Assembly: GCA_966212365.1 (NCBI GenBank)
Contig: CBIHRH010000001.1
Coordinates: forward strand, 1-32,274
From: an uncultured Emticicia sp.
Lineage (GTDB): Bacteria; Bacteroidota; Bacteroidia; Cytophagales; Spirosomataceae
Length of the DNA stretch: 32,274 nucleotides
Reading direction: 5' to 3'
The notes beneath the pieces were generated by a model. That model did not search any database, was not told where the DNA came from, and worked only from the letters and a program-made list of their open reading frames with translations. This document shows positions 8,878 to 16,726 of the stretch, in pieces (within the stretch, counting starts at the first letter, position 1; each line of letters starts with the position of its first letter). The position numbers and the translations under genes were made by a program.

Positions 8878-9819
8878 TTATTCCTGCAGTTGATTTCTGC
8901 TTATGTCTGATTTTAGTTTGGTTAATTCTCCAAGCAGTTGGGTTTGTTTTACCAGATTCGCCTTGCCAATAGCTTCTGCCATTTTTACCACAGCAAAATT
9001 GAGCGTCTCTATCTCGGTCATTCTTTTATTGAGAATATCCTGATAAGAGGAGATAAGTTGACCGTCAGAGAACTTGCTAATCATGAGTAGATTTTCTAAT
9101 ACTTCCAGCGAAGACAACTTAATGTTGTAGGCATTAGCCACCTGAATGCATTCGTCGACAATTCTTTTGGCGAGGGTAAGTACATCGGAATCCCGATAAA
9201 ATATGCCATTATCTACTTCGATTAATGGACATACTGAGTTAAAAACACAATTAATAATAGCCTTTTTCCAGATGATTTTTTGAATATTTTCTTCTGATTT
9301 GAATGGGAAGAGTTCAGTGTTCAGGCATTCTACAATCTCAGATAGCTCGCTTTGATTGCCTTTAATAACCCCAATAGCAGAGGGTGAAACAGGCTTGAAA
9401 CTCACCTGAGTATCATCAATTGCCTGACTGGTTGTAAAGAGTATGCATCGATAGATTTTTGGGAACTTGTTTTCTATAAAAATATCCTCCACACCCAGAC
9501 CATTTTGTAAGATTACTATCGGAGATTCCCCTGTTTTCCCTTTCAGTAAGTCACATATATGCTTATTTCCATAGGATTTATTAGTGAGGATAACGAGCCC
9601 GTCTAATGTTGAAAAATGATTAAAAGAAGAGATTTTCACGGTTGCAGAAAGCTCTTTCCCTATGTTTAAAACCAGACTTAGATTTTCTTCATACTCTTCT
9701 GATTCTCGTACTGTTGCTCTCAATAATACCACATTTCTATCGACTGATTTTAGAGCAATAGCCAAAGCTTTTCCGATAGCTCCTGCACCCACAATATAAA
9801 TATTAGTCTGATTTTCCAT
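8878..9819 (-). CDS. panE: Ketopantoate reductase (PanE/ApbA) family protein
   Basis: It has a GAGAIG Rossmann motif, LQNGLG, WKKAIINCVFN and SSYQD...TEIETLN. Confidence 0.8.
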   Translation of the reverse strand: MENQTNIYIVGAGAIGKALAIALKSVDRNVVLLRATVRESEEYEENLSLVLNIGKELSATVKISSFNHFSTLDGLVILTNKSYGNKHICDLLKGKTGESPIVILQNGLGVEDIFIENKFPKIYRCILFTTSQAIDDTQVSFKPVSPSAIGVIKGNQSELSEIVECLNTELFPFKSEENIQKIIWKKAIINCVFNSVCPLIEVDNGIFYRDSDVLTLAKRIVDECIQVANAYNIKLSSLEVLENLLMISKFSDGQLISSYQDILNKRMTEIETLNFAVVKMAEAIGKANLVKQTQLLGELTKLKSDISRNQLQE

Positions 9820-9878
9820 TTGCCTATGATGTCGTTTTTATAATTTATTGACCCGGCAAAATTCTGCAATTGAACTTT

Positions 9879-9918
9879 ACCATAACAGATGCAGTTTTGT
9901 TATTTTTGACCATAGCAG
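9879..9918. promoter_or_regulatory. Direct-repeat operator candidate for the adjacent MocR regulator
   Basis: ACCATAACAG (9879-9888) and ACCATAGCAG (9909-9918) are 30 bp apart in the divergent gap. Confidence 0.65.
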
Positions 9919-9920
9919 TT

Positions 9921-11363
9921 ATGACAAACAAAAGGAGTAGTGAAGAATTTCTGTATGAGCGGATTGCCCGAGTAATTGAGCAACAGATTTTGAAAGGTAT
10001 CCTCAAAGTAGGGGATAAGGTACCTTCCTTACGCACGATTTGTAGAGAATACGGTGTCAGCCAGAGTACGGCTTTGCAGGCCTATTATTCTTTGGAAAGC
10101 AAAGCTCTCATTGAAGCCAGGCCACAATCAGGGTATTTTGTTTGTAATTCTCCTAAAAAAATGCTCGATGTTCCTCCTGTCAGTAATCCATCAGACCATC
10201 TATTTGAGGGTACAATTGATAGTTTGGTGTCAAAAGTTTATGATAATACAGGGGCCAATGAAAAGTATATTCCTCTCTCACTGGGCGTGCCTGCTAATGA
10301 ATTATTGCCTATTGCTAAACTAAATAAAGGACTCGTACAAGCGATGCGACAGAAGCAGGGGAGTGGTATTCCATTAGAACATCCACAAGGCAATGAAAAA
10401 CTACGTAAGCAGATTGCCCGATGGGCTTTTGCTATGGAAGCAAATCTGAACCCTGATAATATTATTACCACAAGTGGTTGCCTGAATGCTATTTCTTATT
10501 GCATGATGGCACTCACAGAACCGGGAGATACGATCGTGCTTGAAAGCCCCATCTCTTTTGGCATGATACAAGTAGCACAAAGTTTAAGGTTGAATATTAT
10601 CGAACTTCCATGTCATGCCGAAACAGGAATTGACCTGAATATTCTGGAAGAGACCTTGAGCAAGACGCCAGTTAAACTAATCTTATTGATTACTAATTTC
10701 AGTAATCCTTTGGGAAGCTGCATGCCTGATGAAAATAAGAAATCACTGGTAGAATTACTTGAAAAGTATCAGATTCCCTTGATTGAGAATGATATTAATG
10801 CTGATGTTTATTTTAGGAATCAACGTCCGAAATCGTGTAAAACATTTGATAAAACAGGATTAGTGCTTTGGTGCGGATCAGTTTCGAAGAGCCTTGCTCC
10901 GGGCTATCGGGTAGGTTGGGTTGACCCCGGCCGCTTTAAAGAGCAAGTATTAAAGAAAAAACTTTATCATGCTATTTCTTCTACAGGCATTACAGAAGAA
11001 GCCATTGCCATTTTTCTGGAAAACGGAAGGTATGAAACACATTTGCGAAAACTAAGAAATACAGTTTATCTGAACTATCTGCAATATATCAAGACCATTA
11101 ATGATTTTTTCCCTGAGGGTACTAAGGCAAGTCGCCCGAGGGGTGGATTTGTGCTTTGGCTGGAACTGGACAAAAGCATTGATACTGTGGCACTCTATGA
11201 GCAAGCTATTCAACAGAAAATAAGTATTGCGCCGGGCAAGATATTTACTCTTAGAAACCAGTTTAATAATTGTTTGCGACTGAATTTCGGGCTTAACTGG
11301 AACGACCAGACAGCCGGGTCATTAAAGACGCTTGGACAAATTGCCAAAGGCTTAATTCATTAG
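9921..11363 (+). CDS. MocR/GntR family PLP-dependent transcriptional regulator
   Basis: A GntR wHTH (GDKVPSLR...STALQAY...RPQSGYFV) is fused to an aminotransferase domain (TNFSNPLG, SVSKSLAPGYRVGW). Start moved to ATG 9921. Confidence 0.92.
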   Translation: MTNKRSSEEFLYERIARVIEQQILKGILKVGDKVPSLRTICREYGVSQSTALQAYYSLESKALIEARPQSGYFVCNSPKKMLDVPPVSNPSDHLFEGTIDSLVSKVYDNTGANEKYIPLSLGVPANELLPIAKLNKGLVQAMRQKQGSGIPLEHPQGNEKLRKQIARWAFAMEANLNPDNIITTSGCLNAISYCMMALTEPGDTIVLESPISFGMIQVAQSLRLNIIELPCHAETGIDLNILEETLSKTPVKLILLITNFSNPLGSCMPDENKKSLVELLEKYQIPLIENDINADVYFRNQRPKSCKTFDKTGLVLWCGSVSKSLAPGYRVGWVDPGRFKEQVLKKKLYHAISSTGITEEAIAIFLENGRYETHLRKLRNTVYLNYLQYIKTINDFFPEGTKASRPRGGFVLWLELDKSIDTVALYEQAIQQKISIAPGKIFTLRNQFNNCLRLNFGLNWNDQTAGSLKTLGQIAKGLIH

Positions 11364-11443
11364 CCTGCCAGGAGTATGACATTAATAATTTGCCTGAAGT
11401 TTCAATAAAAATGGCTTATTCAAAGTCATTGAAAAGGGCACTT

Positions 11444-11471
11444 TTTCTCTATTTTATTAAAAATAGAGAAA
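11444..11471. other. AT-rich 12-bp hairpin, possible terminator
   Basis: The sequence is TTTCTCTATTTT-ATTA-AAAATAGAGAAA. Confidence 0.45.
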
Positions 11472-11561
11472 CGCCTATCACCTTTGAAAAAAGCGCGATA
11501 AAAAGCCCCTGAAACCCACGAAAAAATTAAAACTTTTAATGAAAATCCAATAATTTCTTTG

Positions 11562-11569
11562 TAAATTTG
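11562..11569 (+). promoter_or_regulatory. -7 promoter element for ssb
   Basis: TAAATTTG lies 40 nt upstream of the ATG. Confidence 0.7.
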
Positions 11570-11609
11570 TTTATTATCAAAACGTCAATATTCAAACATT
11601 TATAGAAAA

Positions 11610-12083
11610 ATGGCTGGTGTAAACAAAGTGATTTTATTAGGAAGATTGGGGTCAGACCCCGAAGTCCGCACACTTCCGAGTGGGGGCAAAGTGGTAAACT
11701 TTAGCCTCGCTACTTCAGAAAACTATACAAACCGAAACGGAGAAAGAGTAGAGCAAACAGAATGGCACCGGGTTGAGTTGTGGGAGAATCTGGCAAATAT
11801 TGCTGAACAATATCTGAAGAAAGGAGACATGGCCTATGTAGAGGGCAAAATTCGCACAGAAAAATGGACTGACCAGAACGGTCAGGAGCGATATACACAA
11901 AGGATCAGAGGTACTGCTATGCAATTAGTAGGGGGTAGAAGCAATGCCGTGGAAGAAAACGAATCGGTTTCATCTTATGGCAACAGCAGTGGTGGTGGCG
12001 GCTACGCACCGAAATCGGCACCGGTACCAACCCCTCCGCCAATTGAAATGGCCGGAAACGGTGGCGATGATTTGCCTTTTTGA
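11610..12083 (+). CDS. ssb: Single-stranded DNA-binding protein
   Basis: Motifs VNKVILLGRLG, TEWHRV and VEGKIRT are present, and the protein ends in DDLPF. Confidence 0.97.
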   Translation: MAGVNKVILLGRLGSDPEVRTLPSGGKVVNFSLATSENYTNRNGERVEQTEWHRVELWENLANIAEQYLKKGDMAYVEGKIRTEKWTDQNGQERYTQRIRGTAMQLVGGRSNAVEENESVSSYGNSSGGGGYAPKSAPVPTPPPIEMAGNGGDDLPF

Positions 12084-12097
12084 TAAATTGATATATT

Positions 12098-12139
12098 AAA
12101 AAATGCGGGGGTTCAGAATATTGAACCCCCACATTTTTT
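12098..12139. terminator. Bidirectional intrinsic terminator between ssb and uvrB
   Basis: The sequence is AAAAAATGCGGGGGTTCA-GAATAT-TGAACCCCCACATTTTTT, between convergent genes. Confidence 0.85.
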
Positions 12140-12148
12140 ATACAATAT

Positions 12149-14170
12149 TTATACCCGCTCAATCTTTTCTTTCAATTGCATCATCTCGTCTCTGAATCGG
12201 GCAGCTTCCAGGAAGTCAAGCTCTTTGGCAGCACGTTCCATCTTTCTCTGGGTTTCTTCCATGAGTTTTTCCAATTGCCCTTTGTTCATATAACCCACAA
12301 CGGGGTCGGCCGCAATATTAACTTCCTGTGGCTCCAGATAATAAGCTTTGGTGCTCGGTTTATTGTCGGCAATAGAGGTTTGTTCCATAATAGCTTCTTT
12401 GCTCTTAAAGACTGTCTTAGGAACAATGCCATTGGCTTCGTTGTATGCCATCTGTATGCCACGACGGCGGTTCGTTTCCTCAATCGCTTTAGCCATCGAG
12501 CCAGTAATCGTATCTGCATACATCAATACCTTGCCGTTTTCATTACGGGCCGCACGGCCTATGGTTTGAATCAACGAACGAATATCACGCAGAAAACCTT
12601 CTTTATCAGCATCCATAATGGCTACCAACGAAACCTCCGGTAAATCAAGCCCTTCTCTCAATAAGTTAACACCTACCAATACATCAAATACACCAAGCCT
12701 TAACTCTCTCAGGATTTCAACACGCTCAAAGGTTTTTACTTCTGAGTGGATATACCGACCTTTGATGCCAACCTTATCTAAGAACTTACTCAATTCTTCG
12801 GCCATTCTCTTCGTAAGGGTTGTAACCAATACCCGTTCTTTGCGTTCTACCCTGATATGGATTTCCTCCAATAAATCATCAATCTGATTGATGCTTGGTC
12901 TTACCTCAATTTCAGGGTCAAGTAATCCGGTTGGACGGATAATCTGCTCTACTACTACACCTTCGGTTCTTCTGATTTCATAATCGGCAGGAGTGGCACT
13001 TACAAAAATGGTTTGTCCTACTAACTCTTCAAACTCCTGAAACTTCAATGGGCGATTATCCATGGCTGATGGTAATCGGAATCCATATTCAACTAATGAC
13101 TCCTTGCGTGAGCGGTCGCCACCCCACATAGCCCGAATCTGAGGCATAGAAGCATGACTTTCATCAACTACCAGGAGAAAATCCTGTGGAAAATAATCTA
13201 ATAAACAGAATGGACGTTGGCCGGGTTGACGTCGGTCAAAATATCGTGAATAGTTCTCAATACCTGAACAATAGCCTAATTCTCGCATCATTTCCAAATC
13301 GAACTCCGTACGTTCCTGTATGCGTTGGGCTTCCATTACCCGTCCATCAGATTCAAAGTATTTAATCTGTTTCACCAATTCATCCTGTATCTCATGAATA
13401 GCATTATTCATCACATCCCTACCCGTCACGAATAAGTTGGCCGGGAAAATAGCAATATGTTTTTCGGAAGATAATTTCTTTCCATTATTCGGGTCTATCC
13501 GCTGAATCTCTTCTATTTCATCGCCAAAGAAGATAAAACGGTAGGCAAAGTCGGCATAACTTGGGTATAAATCAACGGTATCGCCTTTCACTCTGAAATT
13601 ACCACGGGTAAATTCAGCATCGGTGCGCGAGTATAAAATCTCAACCAGTTTATAAAGAAACTGATTCCTGCTAAAATTTTGCCCGACTTTCACCTGAATA
13701 ATACTCTGTTCCATCTCGTGTGGATTCCCCGCACCATAAATACAGGAAACCGAGGCCACCACCACTACATCACGGCGACCCGACAATAAAGAAGAAACGG
13801 TTGAAAGCCTTAGCTTATCAATCTCTTCATTAATCAAAAGGTCTTTTTCAATATAAGTATTGGTTGTAGCAATATAGGCTTCCGGTTGGTAGTAGTCGTA
13901 ATAACTGATAAAATACTCTACCGCATTTTCGGGAAAGAACTGCTTGAACTCGCCATACAATTGGGCTGCTAAAGTTTTATTGTGGCTTAATATCAGAACA
14001 GGGCGGTCTAATTGTGCAATTACATTGGCAACCGTAAAGGTTTTGCCCGAACCAGTAACACCTAATAAAACCTGAGATTCATCTCCATTTTTAATGCCCT
14101 GTACCAGTTTTTCAATAGCTTGCGGTTGGTCGCCGGTAGGTTTATAATTCGAAGTGAGTTTGTATTGCAT
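12149..14170 (-). CDS. uvrB: Excinuclease ABC subunit B
   Basis: Motifs PTGDQP, GVTGSGKT, the YYDYYQPEAY beta-hairpin, DESH and QTIGRAARN are present, plus a C-terminal UVR domain. Confidence 0.98.
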   Translation of the reverse strand: MQYKLTSNYKPTGDQPQAIEKLVQGIKNGDESQVLLGVTGSGKTFTVANVIAQLDRPVLILSHNKTLAAQLYGEFKQFFPENAVEYFISYYDYYQPEAYIATTNTYIEKDLLINEEIDKLRLSTVSSLLSGRRDVVVVASVSCIYGAGNPHEMEQSIIQVKVGQNFSRNQFLYKLVEILYSRTDAEFTRGNFRVKGDTVDLYPSYADFAYRFIFFGDEIEEIQRIDPNNGKKLSSEKHIAIFPANLFVTGRDVMNNAIHEIQDELVKQIKYFESDGRVMEAQRIQERTEFDLEMMRELGYCSGIENYSRYFDRRQPGQRPFCLLDYFPQDFLLVVDESHASMPQIRAMWGGDRSRKESLVEYGFRLPSAMDNRPLKFQEFEELVGQTIFVSATPADYEIRRTEGVVVEQIIRPTGLLDPEIEVRPSINQIDDLLEEIHIRVERKERVLVTTLTKRMAEELSKFLDKVGIKGRYIHSEVKTFERVEILRELRLGVFDVLVGVNLLREGLDLPEVSLVAIMDADKEGFLRDIRSLIQTIGRAARNENGKVLMYADTITGSMAKAIEETNRRRGIQMAYNEANGIVPKTVFKSKEAIMEQTSIADNKPSTKAYYLEPQEVNIAADPVVGYMNKGQLEKLMEETQRKMERAAKELDFLEAARFRDEMMQLKEKIERV

Positions 14171-14253
14171 ACGGTAAGAGTATTTGTAATAGGCCTATCA
14201 AACAAAAACAAAAGTTTAGTAGTTATAGTTTCGTATTTTCTAACAAAAAGACC

Positions 14254-15744
14254 ATGAAAAACCTCTCCTTTCTACTTTTTTTAAGTACAACTTTTGCATT
14301 TGGGCAGTATAATACTTTTTACTTATCTCCGGGCAATGCTCTCATCAATTCAGGACAAAGTGTCAACCTGATAGCCACCGGCTGTGCGGGCAATGTTAAC
14401 TGGTCAACAGGGCATACCGGAAGCAGTATCAATGTTTCACCGAGCAGTTCAGCCAAGGTTTGGGCTACTTGCAGCACAACAGGTGATGAGTCGAACAATG
14501 AAGTGATTGTAGAAGTAATCCCATGTCCGGCAAGTGTGACTGTAAACACAGGGTTGTCGGGTGGCACGCATGTTTTTGAAGCAAATCAGGTAACAGGAAC
14601 CGGCTTTATTAATGCCAGTACGAATGTGCATTTCAAGGCGGCTCAGGGAGTAGCACTGAATACAGGTTTTGAAGCAAAGCCGGGTAGTATTTTTAAGGCA
14701 ACGATTGAGGCTTGTCAGGATACTTCATATCTGCAAACCCGTAGGGTAGCTGCCAGTCTTAATTTCCCTTGGGAGATTTTATGGGGGCCTGATAATTTTA
14801 TCTGGATGACAGAAAGAGCAGGAAAAATCAGTCGAGTCAATCCTCAAACCGGACAGGTTATCCCTGTATTCACCATTAACGAAGTATTACATTATGGCGA
14901 GGGGGGCTTATTAGGTATGGTTCTTCATCCTGACTTTGGTAACTCGCCTTATATATATGTAGTGTACAATTATGGTACTACCTCGGCAGTGAAAGAGAAG
15001 GTGGTAAGATATACCTATGATACGGGTACTTTAATTAACCCTCAGATTTTAGTGGACAATATTGCCGGCAATAGTGTTCATAATGGTAGTCGGTTATTTA
15101 TTACACCCGATTTAAAATTGTTTATTACAGCCGGAGATGCAGGTAATACCAGTCTGGCACAAGATACCACTAAGATAAATGGCAAAATTCTACGAATCAA
15201 TCTGGATGGCACTATTCCGGCTGATAATCCTTATGCAGGTAGTCCGGTGTGGAGTATCGGGCATAGGAACCCGCAAGGAATGGTATATGTAAACAATAAA
15301 TTGTACGTAAGCTCGCATGGAGGTAGTATCGAAGACGAAATAAATCTGATTCAGAAAAAAGCGAATTATGGCTGGCCAAATGTAGAAGGCCCTTGTAATA
15401 CACCCTCAGAAATAACTTTCTGTACCAATAATAATGTCATTCCTCCGATTTTTTCTTCAGGTGGTGTTACATGGGCATTCTGCGGTTTAGATTATTATAA
15501 TCATAGTGCTTATCCAGCCTGGCAAAATAATCTGCTGATGGTCTCTTTAAAGAATCAGACCTTTTATTCTTTTCAGTTAAGCAACGATGGAAACAGTATT
15601 ATCGGGCAGCCTACCCTGTATTATACCGGCCTGTTTGGGCGCTTGCGGGATATTGCTATATCGCCTGATGGTAAGGTATATATATGCACCAGCAATGGTG
15701 GGAATAACGACCAGCTGGTTGAAATAAAGCCTATGGCAAATTAG
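14254..15744 (+). CDS. Secreted PQQ-dependent glucose/sorbosone dehydrogenase-family beta-propeller with extra N-terminal domains
   Basis: It has a signal peptide and the motifs PWEILWGPD, GEGGLLGMVLHP, HNGSRL, GHRNPQG, NYGWP and GRLRD. Residues ~22-154 form additional Cys-bracketed modules. Confidence 0.85.
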   Translation: MKNLSFLLFLSTTFAFGQYNTFYLSPGNALINSGQSVNLIATGCAGNVNWSTGHTGSSINVSPSSSAKVWATCSTTGDESNNEVIVEVIPCPASVTVNTGLSGGTHVFEANQVTGTGFINASTNVHFKAAQGVALNTGFEAKPGSIFKATIEACQDTSYLQTRRVAASLNFPWEILWGPDNFIWMTERAGKISRVNPQTGQVIPVFTINEVLHYGEGGLLGMVLHPDFGNSPYIYVVYNYGTTSAVKEKVVRYTYDTGTLINPQILVDNIAGNSVHNGSRLFITPDLKLFITAGDAGNTSLAQDTTKINGKILRINLDGTIPADNPYAGSPVWSIGHRNPQGMVYVNNKLYVSSHGGSIEDEINLIQKKANYGWPNVEGPCNTPSEITFCTNNNVIPPIFSSGGVTWAFCGLDYYNHSAYPAWQNNLLMVSLKNQTFYSFQLSNDGNSIIGQPTLYYTGLFGRLRDIAISPDGKVYICTSNGGNNDQLVEIKPMAN

Positions 15745-15809
15745 GATTGTGTAAAAATCAATGTGCAATTGTGCTGGAATTGTGTTTATTTTGCCAAAAA
15801 AACAATTTT

Positions 15810-16427
15810 ATGAAGCCAGTTTACAAAGCACACCCTTGGCATGGTATTCCGATTGGAGAAAAAGCCCCTGAAACAGTCACAACATTTATTGAAATTGTAC
15901 CATCTGATACCATTAAGTATGAAATAGACAAGGAATCTGGTTATTTGAAGATAGATCGTCCGCAAAAGTATTCTAATATTATTCCTTCTTTGTATGGCTT
16001 TATTCCACAGACTTATTGTGGTGAAGAAGTAGCCAAGCTGGCCCGTGAGCGTGGTTCAGAAAAAGTAACAGAAGGTGATGGAGACCCATTGGATATTTGT
16101 GTGTTATCAAGCCACCACATTCCGCACGGTGATATTCTTTTACAGGCTATTCCGATTGGAGGTTTGTGTTTATTAGATAAAGGCGAGGCCGATGACAAAA
16201 TCATTGCGGTATTAGTAGCTGACCCTATTTATCAGAAATATCACGACATCAGTGAATTACCTGAGGCGATTCTTGCCAGATTGAAACACTATTTCCTGAC
16301 ATATAAGAGTTTACCGGATGAGAAGAATGCCATCGAAATCTCGAATGTATATGGCAGAGAAGGTGCACACGAAGTAATCAGAAAATCAATGATGGATTAC
16401 CGTGATTTGATTTTTAAACCGATATAA
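15810..16427 (+). CDS. ppa: Inorganic pyrophosphatase (family I)
   Basis: Motifs HPWHG, KYEIDK, YGFIPQT, DGDPLD and DDKIIAV are present. Start moved to ATG 15810. Confidence 0.93.
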   Translation: MKPVYKAHPWHGIPIGEKAPETVTTFIEIVPSDTIKYEIDKESGYLKIDRPQKYSNIIPSLYGFIPQTYCGEEVAKLARERGSEKVTEGDGDPLDICVLSSHHIPHGDILLQAIPIGGLCLLDKGEADDKIIAVLVADPIYQKYHDISELPEAILARLKHYFLTYKSLPDEKNAIEISNVYGREGAHEVIRKSMMDYRDLIFKPI

Positions 16428-16440
16428 GATTTTTGTTTTC

Positions 16441-16616
16441 GTAGAGACGTATTGCGATACGTCTCCGAGGGCCTATGAATATTTTTAAATTGTCTATTAT
16501 TTTTTATAGCTCAAAATAGCATTAGTCTTTTATTCTAGGAGTAATTAATAACAATCTCTAAAATGTATTAATCTTATAGGAGAGACCCCTGGAGACGTAT
16601 AGCAATACGTCTCTAC
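16441..16616. repeat. Inverted pair of GTAG-type REPs (REPIN-like)
   Basis: GTAGAGACGTATTGCGATACGTCTCC (16441-16466) and GGAGACGTATAGCAATACGTCTCTAC (16591-16616) are reverse complements with one mismatch. Each is itself a hairpin. Confidence 0.9.
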
Positions 16617-16674
16617 TTTTTTATTATGACTTATTAATCCGGCATATTTTAATAAAAATATCATTTTATTATTG

Positions 16675-16682
16675 TACCTTTG
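16675..16682 (+). promoter_or_regulatory. -7 promoter element for the rluB-like gene
   Basis: TACCTTTG matches TAnnTTTG. Confidence 0.7.
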
Positions 16683-16726
16683 CCCCTTGATTATCAATAA
16701 ATTACAGCAGTGATGCTGCAAACTCT

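Noticed and set aside
9870..9920. ORF-track N-terminal extensions (MocR 9870; also DUF2264 2802, TPR 5625, ppa 15747)
   Set aside because: These upstream starts run through operators, promoter-like motifs or hairpins. The downstream ATGs fit the family N-termini better.
12176..12643. 155-aa antisense ORF within uvrB
   Set aside because: It lies entirely opposite a highly conserved gene and has no protein-like features.
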